This document shows positions 1 through 13,700 of a stretch of 64,000 nt of DNA, one piece after another. The notes under the pieces were generated by a model. The model worked only from the letters and a program-made list of their open reading frames with translations. It was not told the origin of the DNA and searched no databases. The DNA comes from Setoptus koraiensis (taxonomy: Eukaryota; Animalia; Arthropoda), in contig CM106585.1 of assembly GCA_048013815.1 (NCBI GenBank), forward strand, positions 9,610,001 through 9,674,000. The letters are read 5' to 3'. The position numbers and the translations under genes were made by a program. The number at the start of each line of letters is the position of its first letter. The stretch's first letter is position 1.

Positions 1-2014
1 CAGGCCCACACAAAACACGCTGGCCGACAACAGCTCGAATATCTGGCCAATGTCTGGCCAGCCCCAGCGAATACCCGAAGGTTTTCAGCGTGAGCCGGAC
101 AACACCAGCAGCAACAACAACAGCAACAACAGCGACAGCAGCAACAGCGACAGCAGCAACAGCAACAACAGGTTCATGTGCAAGCTGGCCGCCGAGAGCC
201 CGTCGAGAGCGCTGCCAAAGGTGAGCTTGGCATTGGAAACAATGGCCGGCCGACTGTGCGCTGGCGCGCCGACCGTTACGCAACCGAGCTTCTTTGTTTC
301 GTCGCTTCTTCGCTCATTCGGCTTCGCTCGCTTCTCTGGCTCGTCGCTCGCTTCTCTGGCTCGTCGCTGGCTTCTCCGGCTCGTCGCTGGCTCGGCCGCC
401 GTCGTCGGCCGTTGCAACAACAGTGCCGACGCCGTTGATGCTGCTGATGATGCCGGTCGGTTGTCGCTCGGTTGTTGCTCTGCGGTTGTTGTTGTGCAGC
501 CATAATAGAGAGATGATTGATCATTCGCCCCTGTTCTCTGTGTCCACTGGCCACGCTGGCCAATGCGCCGTGTTCGCGTCCTGTCGCTGTCATGTCCGAA
601 GCCGCGCGCAACAGCAACACCGACACCAACAACCGACATTTGGCCGACCGACAACAACGGCAACAGCGATATCGACAACAACAACAACAACAACAACAAC
701 ACTGGACGGCGATATCGACGAGCATGAGCAACAAATTGGCGCAACGAGCGTCGGCAACTTGTCGGCCGGCTCGGCCACTTGTATCGCTAACAATCATCAC
801 GTGCGTCCTGCGCCGGCCGGCCCGACCGACTGGCGGCGCACTAGTGGTCGCTTCGAGCGGCCAAACGGGCCGAGGTTTGCCGGCAGTCGCCTGACCGGCA
901 TCTTGGACAGCGTCACCGAAGCGGCCATTGTCGGCGCTGGCAGCGTCGTGGTCAATTTGTTGCCATGATACTGACGCGGCCCGACGCGGCCTGTGTGACT
1001 CAAACGGGCAGCGATTCTCTGAGAACCGTCGGCCGACTGCGGCCGTCGCACAACAACGGCAACAACAGCGACAACAACAAGTTGAGCGTCCGACGCACCG
1101 AAGCCCAAGATATCGGGCCAACGAGAGCGCGACGAGCGACACCGCGCCACCGATGCGTCCGCTGCGCCGGCCGCAGACGGACACAATTGGAACGTTCGAG
1201 GAGCCGCGCTCGAATTGTGTCCGGACTGTGGCACCAGTTCGTGTCTCGGGCCGACAATGGCGCTGCGACCGCAACGGCCTGCTGCAACGCGATCCGCGCC
1301 GACAGCCGCGCTCAAGAAGCCGCAGCGGCTGACAGCGGCGCTCGAGGAGCCGCGCCGCGCCGACGAAGCCGAGAAGCGAAGAAGCCGCGAGAAGCGAAGC
1401 GGCCGCGATAGGCGAGCGGCGAGAAGTGGCTCCTTGTTGCTGCTTGTCGGCGGTGGCCGCAGCGTCTCAGTTCATGGTCATGATTATGATGATGCTATTA
1501 ATTTTTTGCGCCGTCTTACTCGGCGCTGGCCTGCCCGTTCTGCTTGGCTCGGTCGGGCCGGCCCGCGTTGCCACAACCGCTCGCTGCACGCTCGCCGACG
1601 CACAACAATTGCGCCCGGTGGCCGCTGTCGTCCGCGGCGCTCGGTTGCGTGGGGGGGGGGGCAACGGCAGGCCGGCAAGGGACCTTGCTGCGTCCTATGC
1701 GGGCCCTCGCGGGCCGGCGCAACTCTTTCGGGAGCCGTCGGCCGGCGCACGCAAGCACGCAGCCAGACGGAACAGGGCACTGCGGCGGCCCGGCGAGAGC
1801 GGAGGCTAATCCGCAAATCGTTCACTCACACCGGATTGGCGCTTGGCTTTTTTATGCCGGCTCATATCGGCTCACTGGCCGGACTAGGCGATTCTGTGCG
1901 CAAGACACTTGTCCGAAGTGGCAACTTGTTGGCTCGCAATCACACTCGCGGCCTGTCGGTATTGTTGTCCGCTTGCAAATCGGCCACTGGCGTCCATTAG
2001 CGTCCATTCACACA

Positions 2015-2153
2015 TTCGCACATTCACGATTCGCGATTCTCGAGTCTCGATTCGCAGTTCGAATTTGCGATTCGCAGTTCGAAGTTCGCGATTCGCCGTT
2101 CGCAGTTCGAAGTGCGCGATTCGCCGTTCGAAGTTCGCAGTTCGCGATTCGCG
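2015..2153. repeat. Degenerate 7-bp tandem array (TTCGCAG/TTCGAAG/TTCGCGA/TTCGCCG)
   Basis: Seen directly. TTCG recurs about every 7 bp. Confidence 0.85.
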
Positions 2154-2680
2154 GGCATGTTCGCGGAACAACGCCAACAATCTCAGCAGCACACGAACAG
2201 CTGTTCGTGTATAATACCAAACGCAATAACAATAACGACGGCCACTAACAGATGAAGACGTAACAGCTACGATACGATTGCGTCACTTTCGAAGCTTCGC
2301 TGCCGGCAAACAAACAAGCCGAGCCAACAGCCCGATTGCGATGTGAATGGACTGTTTGTTTGTATGGATGCAGCGTGAATAGCGTACATGTAATATTATA
2401 TTGTATATTGCATTATATAGGCGCGACAGGTGACTTGTCGCCGGCCCGGCCGCGCCGGTCACGCGATGCCGGCCGGCCGATAGGCCGATCCGGCGGCGAG
2501 TTCGTTCGGGTAACCGCGAGCCCGTCTACACGCCGACGAGCGTGCCTGTTCGAGCCGGCCCGATGGGTCGCTTCGAAACGGACTCTCGCATTGTGTTTTG
2601 CGCATTGTGTTTCGCCGCACACACTTTAAACGCTCGCTTCATGCACTTATCCGCCTCATGCGCTCGCCGCCGCCGGCGCG

Positions 2681-2802
2681 GCCGGGATAATACGCACACT
2701 GGTCGGGACGCGGCGCACACACTGGCCGGGATAATACACACGCCGGCCAGGATAATACACACGCCGGCCGGGATAATACACACGCTGGCCGGCATAATAC
2801 AC
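2681..2802. repeat. 21-bp minisatellite (GCCGGCCGGGATAATACACAC), about 5 degenerate copies
   Basis: Seen directly. Confidence 0.85.
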
Positions 2803-5774
2803 GGACGATACAACAGCAGTTTGATCGATTGGTCGCCGATTAGCCGCGCTCAATCGATCAATCGGCGTTTCGGACGGCACGACTCCGGCCCGTCGCCCGG
2901 CGGCCTCTCGACTGGTCGGGCTTGCGCGAACGTTGCGCGGCCGCGGCGGACGTTCGCGGCGCAACAGCCTCATTGGCGTATCGCGGCCATTACATGCTGC
3001 GGCACACCATCGGCGGTGTTTGTTACAGCGGCGATCATCGCGCCGCCGACCTTTGCTCTCTCGAGTGGCGCTTCTCTGCGCGCCCCCCCCCCCCGACGCC
3101 CAACGCGCCCGATCCGGCCGAGATTTCGAGGGCGGCGAATTTCCGAATTCGGAGGCTCCGAAATCCGCGCTCCTCCGTCGGACGCTCCGTTTGTTGGCTG
3201 CGAGCATCGCCGCAACTCGAGCCAGCCGGCGGGCCCGCCGATGACTGATCGCTCGCCAACTGGTGGCCCCGCGACGGGCCGCTCAAATTGAGCGTGATGT
3301 GGGACCGCGCGCGGCTCCACTCGCTCGTGCCCGTTGCAAGCGGCGAGCTCGCACGTAAAACAATCGCCGGCCCGGCCGCAAATGAGCGATTACGCAACAG
3401 ACAGCCGGCGCTTACATATCGCTGTGTATCGGGCATCGGCCGGGCGCTTGTGCGCGGCGCGGCCCGTCACTGTCGGGTCGGCGTGATTGCGTCGGTGCGC
3501 AAACGGTTTAAAATTTGGCTGTAAAATAACACCAGCGACAGATTGCGATCGTGGCGTGTCTGGCATGATATCGAGAGGCGAGCATCGCGGGCTCACAGCT
3601 CACTGTGCACAACGCGCGCCGTCGGACCGGCGGCGCAAAATGTCGAGTCGGCGGCCCGCAACGAACGCATGACGGGCCGCCTGTAGCCGCACGGGCAGCA
3701 TCGTTGTCTGGTCGAGTGGATCGGGCCGGCGAGCCAACGACGGCTCAGGCGAAGATAAAAGAATCGTGCGAATGTGCACCCATTAGCAAGTCATGCCTGT
3801 CAAAACAAAAGACTACCACAAATCCATGTCAAAACAACAACAACGGCAACAACAACAACAGCTACGACGGCAACGGCAGCAACAGCAGTAACAACAGCGA
3901 CAGCAGCAGCAGTTTCGAAGCGACCATTTTCGAAGCGTTCGAAGGGCGCGCATGCGCTCCCGCCGATGGGTTCGAGAGCGAGAACGAGTTTCGTTCGTCG
4001 AAGCTGGAACAAGCGTGCACATTTGAATGTAACCACTAGCGCTGCTTGTGTGCGAATTAAATTGCGTCATGCGATATTTAACAAGTGACTGAGTTGTGTG
4101 TTATGTAATCATAACGAATAAGCGTGACCTAACTCCTGCAGCCAATTCGCTGGCTGTGTGTGTGTGTCAGTAGCCTCATGAATTCGGTAGCTCGTTTAGC
4201 GTTGGCAAAAGTTTATTGTCGCGCTCTCATTTCGCCAAGTTCCAACCGCTTGCCAACCGACGGCCGACCGACAAGCGAACAAGCGCCGCCATATAGGCAA
4301 GCACGGCGACAACCGAAAAAGAACGTCTTCGAAACGAAACGAGATTCGCTCCGGCTCGACAAGCCAGACGATCAGCTGACTATAGACGACTGCTGATTAT
4401 AGGTTGGGGCACGCCGTTTGAGAGCCAACAGATCAGCTGTTTGCATTCGGTGGCTTCTTTTGTTGGCTTGTGGCTTCTCACAAGTTGTGTGAGTTGCGTC
4501 ACATAACCCGTTTTGTCTCGTCATGTGATCACTCAACACGACCAAGTGACAAAGTGATATGACAGAGCGAGTCGCATTCGTTTCGAGCACACATATCATC
4601 GTCACATTGGCCGCACATTTGTCCACAAGTCGAGTTGCACACAATTGTCAATTATGCGCACGCACAATGATAATTATAATGATTGCATCATTTAGTCACT
4701 TTTCAGCTTCCGTTTGTCAACCATAAATCACACTCTTTGTCTCATGTTTGCGTGTGTGTGTTGGGGCGCCACAATGCGAGCTCGCAACGACGAGCTCGCA
4801 ACGATAGGCTCACTGCGATGGGCGCCACAATGGGGCCAAAGTTGCATAATGGCGACACTTGGAACATAATGGTGAGAGTGACGCAATAAGTGCTGCTGCC
4901 ACAGTCGATTGATTAGGTGGCGCGCAAATTGAATTTAAATGTCGCCAAAATGCGTGTCAAATGTCTCGTGTCAAATTATAATGCTAGTGGTCGCAAACAC
5001 AAGCTGTCAACGAGACACATCTGACAATTGATATTTGCGCTCTGTGTCTTGTCACAATTTGTGAATGAGTTGGCATTTGGCGTAAAAAGTGTCAGCCGTG
5101 TCAAGATTGTTTGACCGGTCAGTTGCGTCACATGGGCGCCGATGGGCGTCCGAGCAACAGAGTCGCGCACTCGAGGTCCGGCTTGGGCCGCTGCGGCCGA
5201 CCGAGCGTCCGACTGGGCACATGCTAACATGTGAATATCAATTATTCGTATAATTCGTTGTGATTCGTTGTGATCCGTTGTGACTATTCGTTCGCTGGCC
5301 ACCACCTCGGTGGCCAGCGACGACTCGGTCGTTGGAGGCGCGATATAAAACAAGCAAAAATATAATAATGTATTAACGATACTCATGCACAGCATAATGC
5401 GATAACACGGCCGATAAATGTTGCATACTGCACCACTGTAATATTGCATAATCGGTGTTGCGGCCAATGGTCAGGCGTGAGGTCACTTGTGTCATGAGTG
5501 GCCTGAGACGGCAAAAAACGAGTTGCAGTTGGTTGGTTTATTTGGCCGGATTATGGCGCGAGTTGGCTCAGTCAGTTGTGAGTGTGGCAGCGAGCGTGCC
5601 ACACAATGGGTGAATGGCAAACTTGAATGACGACAATTTGAATGTCGTTGTTGAATTGTCATGAAATGACATATCTCACAAGAATGTTTAGATAACATGG
5701 CGTGTTGTGTGTTGCGCAATAGTTTGCGCAATTGATCATCGCTAGTATCATTAGTGGCACTTTGTTGCGCAATA

Positions 5775-5885
5775 AGCAGGCAAGCAAGCAAACAAGCAAG
5801 CAAGCAAACAAACAAACAAACAAATAAACAAACAAACAAGCGAACAAACAAGCGAACAAACAAAACGACAAGCGCCAACAACGAA
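5775..5885. repeat. (AAAC/AAGC)n tetranucleotide microsatellite
   Basis: Seen directly. Confidence 0.9.
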
Positions 5886-6235
5886 CAGCAGGCAACTCGA
5901 CAACTCGAGAACGGATTGGTTGCGTCATTTTGTCGTCTATGCCCTTGCTTGGCGGCACCGTCGAGCCTTGGTCGGGCACTCGAGATGCCAGCTCGAGCCG
6001 TTGAGTTGTTTGAGTGTGACACCGACAACGTCGTGAGTGTGACACCGACAACGTCGTAAGTGTGACAGCGAGCAACAACAACGGCAACCCTTACATGACT
6101 ACTATTACGTAATTTCCATCGTGCGTTGCATGCGGCTGCAATGGAAATGAGTGAGCTCACAAACACGACGCTTATTTGAGCTCATGAGTAATTGGCCCAC
6201 CGTCTCGACTCTCACCTCTGGCGGTTGCCACAGAT

Positions 6236-6326
6236 GCGGCCCGACTCTGGCGGGCGCCGGTTGCGGCCCGACTCTTGCGGACGCCAGTCGCGGCCCGACT
6301 CTTGCGGACGCCAGTCGCGGCCCGAC
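6236..6326. repeat. 27-bp minisatellite (GCGGCCCGACTCTTGCGGACGCCAGTC), about 3.4 copies
   Basis: Seen directly. Confidence 0.9.
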
Positions 6327-6696
6327 AGTTGGCGAGACCAATGCGAGTGGCTAGCTAGCAACCTATAAAACAGTCATGTCCTTATAGGACATGGCATGTC
6401 TACAAATGGTGGCGCCGCGTCTACTAATGGTGGCGCCAAGTACCGTTACTTTGGCCGGTACCGGTTGTTAGCGACTATCCTATATACAGTGGATACAGTT
6501 GTGCGTGTTAAGTATACATGTACTCGTATGTGCGCTCTCATGCAACATACACACACACGAGCACGTTACGTAAGTTACGTAAGCATAATGGCACAAGTGT
6601 CACGTAGTGCGTGCGCGACAGTAGCCAAGTAGCAGTATGAGCCAGCAGTAAATAGTGTACGTGCAGTATATTGTATGATGATGCAACAACTAAGGC

Positions 6697-6737
<41 letters not shown>

Positions 6738-9102
6738 CTACAAGGGCTGATTTGATTGCGCTCACTTGATGCCTGATTGTGCCGGTGTGGGCCACTGTGA
6801 AGTGCACTGGCCCCCACTCGACAACTGACCAAACCACAAATTGTGGCACACTGTGGCACAGCTTGCGGTGTTGTATAGGGCCACCATGGCGCCCTTATGT
6901 GCGCGAGGGGGCACGTCCACTGCAAACTGACTGCAAACTGTACGTGACTCCACTGCCAAACTGCAACAACCGACGGCGGCCAGCAGCGGCCAACAGCGGC
7001 CACTGTCAGCGCACAACCGGCCCACAAACAAGCTAATAGACACCCCCGACAGACGGCTTGACCCCCGCAAACTAACCTATTTTTGCGCCACTGGTCAGCC
7101 GAGTTGTCGCGACCGTTGGTGTCGCTGTTGTCGTTGTCTGTGATGTCGTTGTCTGTGTTGTCGTTGTCTGTGTTGTCGCTGTCGTGCGTGTCGTCGTGGC
7201 TGCCGTTCGCGTTGTCGCTGCTGTCGTGCCGCCGAGAGGGCGCAGTGGGAGACAAACACGACAAGCACGTGCTGCGGCCGCCGCCAGGGGCGAGCGCAGT
7301 GGTCAGAGGTCGGCGCAGAAGCCAAACGATTGCCAAATGAGCGATGCTTGTGTCTATTTGTGTCCATTTGAGCCCATTACCGAGCGTCGCCGAGACCCGA
7401 GCGCCAGCGCTTGCGACAACTGCCGGCAGCTCGGGCAAGCACGCTGAACATGCTCGGCACCCCGCTGGCCGGCTCCATTGCAAATTGCCCACCGGAGCTC
7501 GGTGGGCGCCAGCGAGCGGCCGCGCTCAGTCGTTGTGGTCGCTCAGTCGATGTCGTCGCTCAGTCGTTGTCGTCGCAAGTTGCGCCAACTGACAACTTTT
7601 GCAACTTGACACAATCGAAATTGCGAGCAATTGTGTGTGCCAAGCTGTGCGCAACGGAAGGGGCACAGTCGGCGCGATTGGCCAGCAGATTGGCGAGTGG
7701 CCGGCCGGCCGGTCATCTGTCAGCGATCGTCACCTCGCGAGCCTGTCAGAGGCTCTTTGGCGGCGCCCGCGCGACCCGAGCGGCGCTCGCTGCCGGGTCG
7801 GGCCATTCGGGCGAACGGTCAGCAGGCGGGCATGCAGCGCGCGGGTATGAAGCGGGCGAGTTGCAAAACACTGCTTAACACCAGTTGACAGGCGCAAAGA
7901 TTTGGCGGTTGGCCGAGCCAGCGAGCGAGCGAGCAACGGACAAGCGCACAACAACAACGCCGGCAACAACCGAGCCGACGGACACAACCATCCGAAGTGA
8001 TTATGATTGATGAGATGCTTTCATGCCGGCGCGCAAGCATCGGAATGGCGCTGCGGCCGGCCCTCGCTGCGAGCCACAGAACGCTCACCGACCGAACAGT
8101 GCCCTGGCCGGCCCGCGGACGAGCCGGATCGAGCCGCCAACATGACACAACAGCGCCAGCGACACAAGCGCCAACAACGGCAACAACCACAACAACAGCG
8201 GCAACCACAACAACAGCGGCAACCACAACAACAGCGCCAGCTACAACACCCACAGCGGCACCAGCAACGACAACGAGAGCGTCAACAGCGAGCGGCGAGC
8301 CGGCGGAAGAAACCCGAGAGCAATTGATCATCCCGAGCGCTCGCAGCCGTGTCCGCCAGTGGCGCGCTGCGCCACAATTTGCGGCTCGGCTGTGCTCGCA
8401 ACTCGCGGCTCGCTTGTGCCCGCAACTCGCGGCTCGCTTGTGCCCGCAATCGGTCGGCGCGCCGGCCCGAGCGCCGTGGCTGGCGCAAGGTGCTCGGGCC
8501 GGCACAAACTGACCGCTGGGGCGACACACAAGCGAACAGGTGGTTGCGCCGGCCAACTTGTAGGCGATCGCTGACCGCTTGGCGCAAGCCGCGTCCAGTG
8601 GTCAGCGGCTACGGGAGCACGATGCGCGACGCTTATTCCAGTGCGCACAGAAATTCCAATCGACGGTCGGCCGCAAATATCGGCCGGCACGCCGGGCGAG
8701 CAACAAAATGGACGAACAACGAACAGCGTCAGTGCGCCCGATCGAGGGCACCGATTCTGGCTCTCGTCGTCGGTCGTGTTCGAAGCTCGAACGCCACCGA
8801 AGAATGCGAGCGCCTGCTTCTCGGCAGGCCATTCCAACTGCCGATCAATAGACGATTGCCAACGGACGATTGCCAACGGACGACTGCCAATGGACGACGG
8901 GCCACAAACAATCGGCGCATGCGACCGGCCCGACCGACTGGCCAAAGAACGCGCCCGCCAACAAGTGCGCCCGACAGGTAAAGTTCAGCGCGCAACAATC
9001 GATAGTGGCAGCACGCACAAAAGCGATTGATCACTCATTGTTGCAAGTTGCAGTGTTTGCCGGCCGGCTCGCAACCGCTGCACCTCGCTCCCGTCCGGCC
9101 CA

Positions 9103-9172
9103 CCGGTATCGGGCCGCCAGTATCGGGCCGCCAGTATCGGGCCGCCAGTATCGGGCCGCTGGTGTCGGGCCG
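9103..9172. repeat. 14-bp minisatellite (CCAGTATCGGGCCG) x5
   Basis: Seen directly. Confidence 0.9.
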
Positions 9173-10420
9173 CTGGTGCCGCTCGGTGCAGGCGGCGCAC
9201 AGCCACTGGCACCGATCGGCTCAGGCTGGCTCCGGTCGCCGCCACAATGACACGCCCCCAGCAATTAGTGCCCCCCTATTGGCCACTGGTATTTTGTTGG
9301 CCCATTGACAATCGCTGCCGGGGGCACTTGACAGTGTCAAGTTGGCAGTGCCCAGCAGCAATTGCCTGTGGCTCGAGTGCGTGTGCGCTACCCACTTGCC
9401 GCGTGCGGTATCCGCTGCGCGCCGGCCTTTGAGTGTGGGCCGGACGGCGTCTGACAGACCGGTGACAGTTGACGGTTGCAGATGCCCAGTTGACAGTTAT
9501 GTACACAATGTGTGCCGCATGTAACGGGTTGCGTCTATATGCGCATCCCCCGCTGCTCATGAACGGGTCGGTCGGTCGTTCGGTCGGTCGGTCGGGCTGG
9601 CTAGACGGTCGCGCTCGACGGTCGCGTTTGACAGTTGTGTCGGGCTCAGCTGGCCGCGGTCGCTAATTGCCCGAGCGCTACCTGTCGGCGACGCGGACAG
9701 TGGCGCTGTCGTGATTTGGCGACACACCGGCCAGGCGCGCGTCGTCGTGGGCGGTCGGCGAATTGTTGTGTTGTGGCGATTATCCGTTTGACAACAATGG
9801 CCACTGTTTGTTGTTTGTGGTCGCTTGTTAGCAACAACAACAACAAGTACAAACAAGCGCCACGAGTGTGTTTAATTTGACATAAACAATGGACTGGCCG
9901 CACAGCGCGTCGGGCCGCTGTTTTTGGTCAGCGGCCCAACGCGGGTTTTTGCGGGCAGCACGGCGGCAGCCCGCCGGCGGGCCCACAGCGGCCAATAGGA
10001 ATTCGGGCGAGCGGGGCCCATTGTTGTGGCGGTGGCAGCGCTGCCGATACTAATGACGCTAATCTCCTTTGTCAGTGGCTGTTGTTGCAAGCGGATAAGC
10101 GTCGAGGGCCGAGATTTGTCGCTGTCGGTTGGTTGTCGCTGTCGGTTGGTTGTCGCTGAGTGTGGCGCTGTTGTCGCTGTTGTCGCTGTTGTTGTTGTTT
10201 GCGGCCGCATCGCCACTGACAGCCAGTGGCCAGTGACAGCAGTGACAGCAGTGACAGTAGTGACACTTTCGACAGCAGCATCCATTTGTCTGTGCGCGAC
10301 AATAAGTTGTTACCTTGCGATTGTTACAGCGCCCGTCGTCTCAATTGGATTATACACACACCGCCGGCCGCGTCCGCGCATATACTCGCACCATGTACTC
10401 AGCTCGCCCCACTCGAAATC

Positions 10421-10490
10421 GCTGGATATCGCCGAATGTCGCTGAATGTCGCTGAATGTCGCTGGATATCGCTGAATGTCGCTGGATGCC
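10421..10490. repeat. 10-bp tandem repeat (GCTGAATGTC) x7
   Basis: Seen directly. Confidence 0.9.
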
Positions 10491-10727
10491 GCCATGTCGC
10501 TATGCGCGCGTTCGCGACTCGCCGCCACGGGCTGGCAGATCGCAAATTTATGCAGTGGATAAATTTGCCGAACGCGCGATCCGTGCGCGCCGTGGCCACT
10601 TCACACGGCCGCTAATCTCATAAGTATCGTTTACCAGCGTCGCCCGCCGTCGACGTTGCATGCCGCTCGTCAGCGGGCCGCCACATTGACAATGGGATTT
10701 GGCCGATCGCTGCGTCTCCGCTCGAGC

Positions 10728-10783
10728 GCCGCTCATCTCTGGCCGCTCATCTCTGGCCGCTCATCTCTGGCCGCTCGTCTCTG
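10728..10783. repeat. 14-bp tandem repeat (GCCGCTCATCTCTG) x4
   Basis: Seen directly. Confidence 0.9.
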
Positions 10784-13700
10784 GATGCCGGCCGGGCGGC
10801 GCGACGCCGCTCCGAGCGGCCCGAGCACTCGAACGATGCCGGCACAGCCGCGGCGCTCGGAAACGGTTGTCGGCGCTCGCGGCGGCCGCCCGACGCTCAG
10901 TTGGCCGTGCCGTCGCTGGCCGCGGTGCCGCTCGGGATTTGCGCTCAACTTTTGCCAGTGCGCCCCCGAATTCCGGCAAATCGCGCCGCGGCCGCCCGAA
11001 CACAGAGGCCCGAGCAGCGAAACCCGAACAGCGAAACTCGAACAAACGGGCAGCGAGCCGCCACTCCAGCGGCCGCCGTTCCGATTGCGAACACGATTGG
11101 CGCCGTCCGCCGGTTCGCTGCCCGGATTCGCTGTGCTCGGTTTGCCGGTTGCGTGCGCCCCGTCCGGCACTGCGCCCCGTCCGCAGGTAACCCGCACAAT
11201 GAAATATCCGCGAGCAAAGTAGCCCCACACACACGCACTTTGCATACAGTTGCGGCGAACAAAATTGGTTGCGCAAAATTGGTTGCGCAAAATTGGTTGC
11301 TGCAAAGTTTGCGCCTTTGTGCCGCCAATGTGCCCAACTTGCAACTCGCTCGCTCGTGCGCCTCTGTAGCCCGCTTCTGGCGGGCCGATCGGGCGCCCGT
11401 CGGTGGGCGCTGTCGGGCGCATTGTGCCGGCCGCCTATTGAGACAACTCGAGCCATTGAGAGTCTCGATTTGAGGCAACAATGCACTCTCCATGGCATCG
11501 CAAATGCAGTTGCACGCAAACAAACAACCGCCGGCCGCCCCGTTGACAGCCACTGACAGGCGGGGGCGTGGTGACGGGCAACTCTTGTCAGGCGGTATTG
11601 CGGTACCGCGAATTGGCAGTGTGGGCATTTCTTTTCCGCTGGCTGAAATGTGCGGTTCGAATGGAAATTCGAACGGTTCGGTTGAAATGCGTTTGCGTGC
11701 CGCGTCATTGTGCGGGTCACAATGACAGTTCCCGTGATGACTAGCGCCACCGCAGCAAATAGCATATACATGATATCGCTTCGATGGGGGCGCGGCGATC
11801 GCCGCATGAGAGCTCGCCGACAACTGTTTGCGCTGTGTCCACAAGCATGTCAACAAACATCAGCTGACAAGTGTCAGAAATGTCAAACGGTGCCATCAAA
11901 CGCACACACCGTGCACGCTCGCCGCCAACGGATGCGCTCACCTGGCCGAGCTGGCTCGGCCAGGTGAGCTATTATATTGTAAGAATTATTAATGCACCTG
12001 AAAATGTTGTGAGCCAATTACGCACAGTGTGCGTGTGTGTGTGCGCGCCATGGCTCACCGTGTAGCGGTGTCATAGCGGCGCGTGCCGCCCACATGATAG
12101 CGCACTGCGCGGTGCGCAACTATGCGATGCTATGCGCCATTGTGCCGCACCACTATGACGTAACGGCTATGACGTAACGTTATGACACGGCAACGGCAGT
12201 GTTGTGTGATGGCGCCCGGTGCAACGCACAACAATAATGTTGTGCGTATGTATGTAACATGACACAACACGGACGCACAGGTCAACACTGTGCAAGTGGC
12301 TCGCTCAAACGCTCAAAAGAAAACACGTGTTTCAGGCAGCCACTGGCTGGTGCGTGTGCGTGTGACACGAGCACGCACCGGCCGTGCAAGCCGGGCCAAT
12401 CGCTGGCGGTGCTTACGCGCAACTTACGTAACAGGATGATAAGCTTCTTAAGTGGCACACAAGTGGGCGCAAGTTTAAGTTTTAAGGGGCCCGCTCGTTG
12501 GCGGCCGCGGTTGATACTGCGCGCACAGCATCACAGGTCGACCCGACGACATGCCAGCCGGACCAAAAGCGGACACATCGGCGCAATATCCGAGCCGGAT
12601 AATCTGGCACAAGCGGGCGGGTCGGGTTGCGGTGGATTAGGCGACTTTTGGTTTAAACTTTGGGCGCACCAAAAGTTTAAAGCGGCCGCTGCTGCGGGCC
12701 CCGATCATCCGATCAGCCGACTGCCGCTCTGCACACAAATATACTGGCTGCGTCGCCGTGCGCGAAATAGCTGCACTAGTGGCCGATATCCGAGTTACTT
12801 ACACTAATATTATTTATACGAGCGCGATGCGATCATCTCTCCGGTGGCGGGTATTTGGCCGCAAGTTGCCGGTCGATACCCGCCGCGATAGGTCGCCAGT
12901 TCACAGTCGATAAGTTGCGGTTTCGGGCGCCGCGAGCCATCTCGCGCCAGCAAAGTCTCGCGCCGGCACAGTCTTGCGGCAACAAAATCCTGCAGCGGCG
13001 ACAATGGCCGCCCGACAAGTTGCCCGGTCGGCCGCGAGCGGGCGGCGGCGCGGTCGCCGGGCGCGACCAGTTCGTGACTGGCGGCCGCACTGGGGCACCG
13101 GCGATCATGATGCGCGATATACCGACGAGTGCAAACGTATCAATAGTTAGTGCTTAGGTAATTGCACAAACGCACAATGGTAACCACTGAATAATCGCCG
13201 CTCTCGAGTGTTGCTGGCAAGTGTAATCATTGTTGTTGCTGTGCACAATGATACAGCAGCAGCAACAACAACCGCACTAACGACAGCAGCAACAACAACA
13301 ACAACAACGGCAACAACAACAACAACTGAGGCAACAACAACAACAACGGCAACAACGGCCAGAGCGATCGTTCTCGAAAAACTCATTAGTCGATCGGGCA
13401 TAAACTCACAACTAGAGCAAACATCACAAACGCAGCGCAATGGCAACACAACTGGCACATTACGTAACGAGCGCTCGGTTCGAGCCAGCAATGGGCACAA
13501 TGAAGCGCCGTCATTTGAATTCATTCAGTGAAAAATCATCATTATTCTTTCGCGCATTCTTATCTCTCAGGTCTGGTGTTGCTGTGAGCCGGCCAAGATT
13601 GGCCGCGGCGTGTGCAGCACGACTTTGCCGATTTCGCTCTGTTGTTGCGCTCCAACGTGACGGCCACCGTTGAACAGACCCGGCGATTGGGGCCTGCGAA

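Noticed and set aside
3989-4012. Minus-strand LFQLRRTK, resembling the missing Lim1 WFQNRRSK
   Set aside because: It lacks the invariant W48 and N51, has no AG acceptor or Val codon in front, and the following residues do not match ERRMK. Treated as chance.
4289-6388. CArG-like elements CCATATAGG (4289) and CCTTATAGG (6380), of interest given the MRTF gene
   Set aside because: Each has only five A/T between CC and GG, whereas SRF needs CC(A/T)6GG.
13208-13531. Signal-peptide-like start plus a Thr-rich mucin-like ORF
   Set aside because: The Thr run is a CAA microsatellite read in the ACA frame, the start is non-ATG, and many similar ORFs occur by chance in this window.
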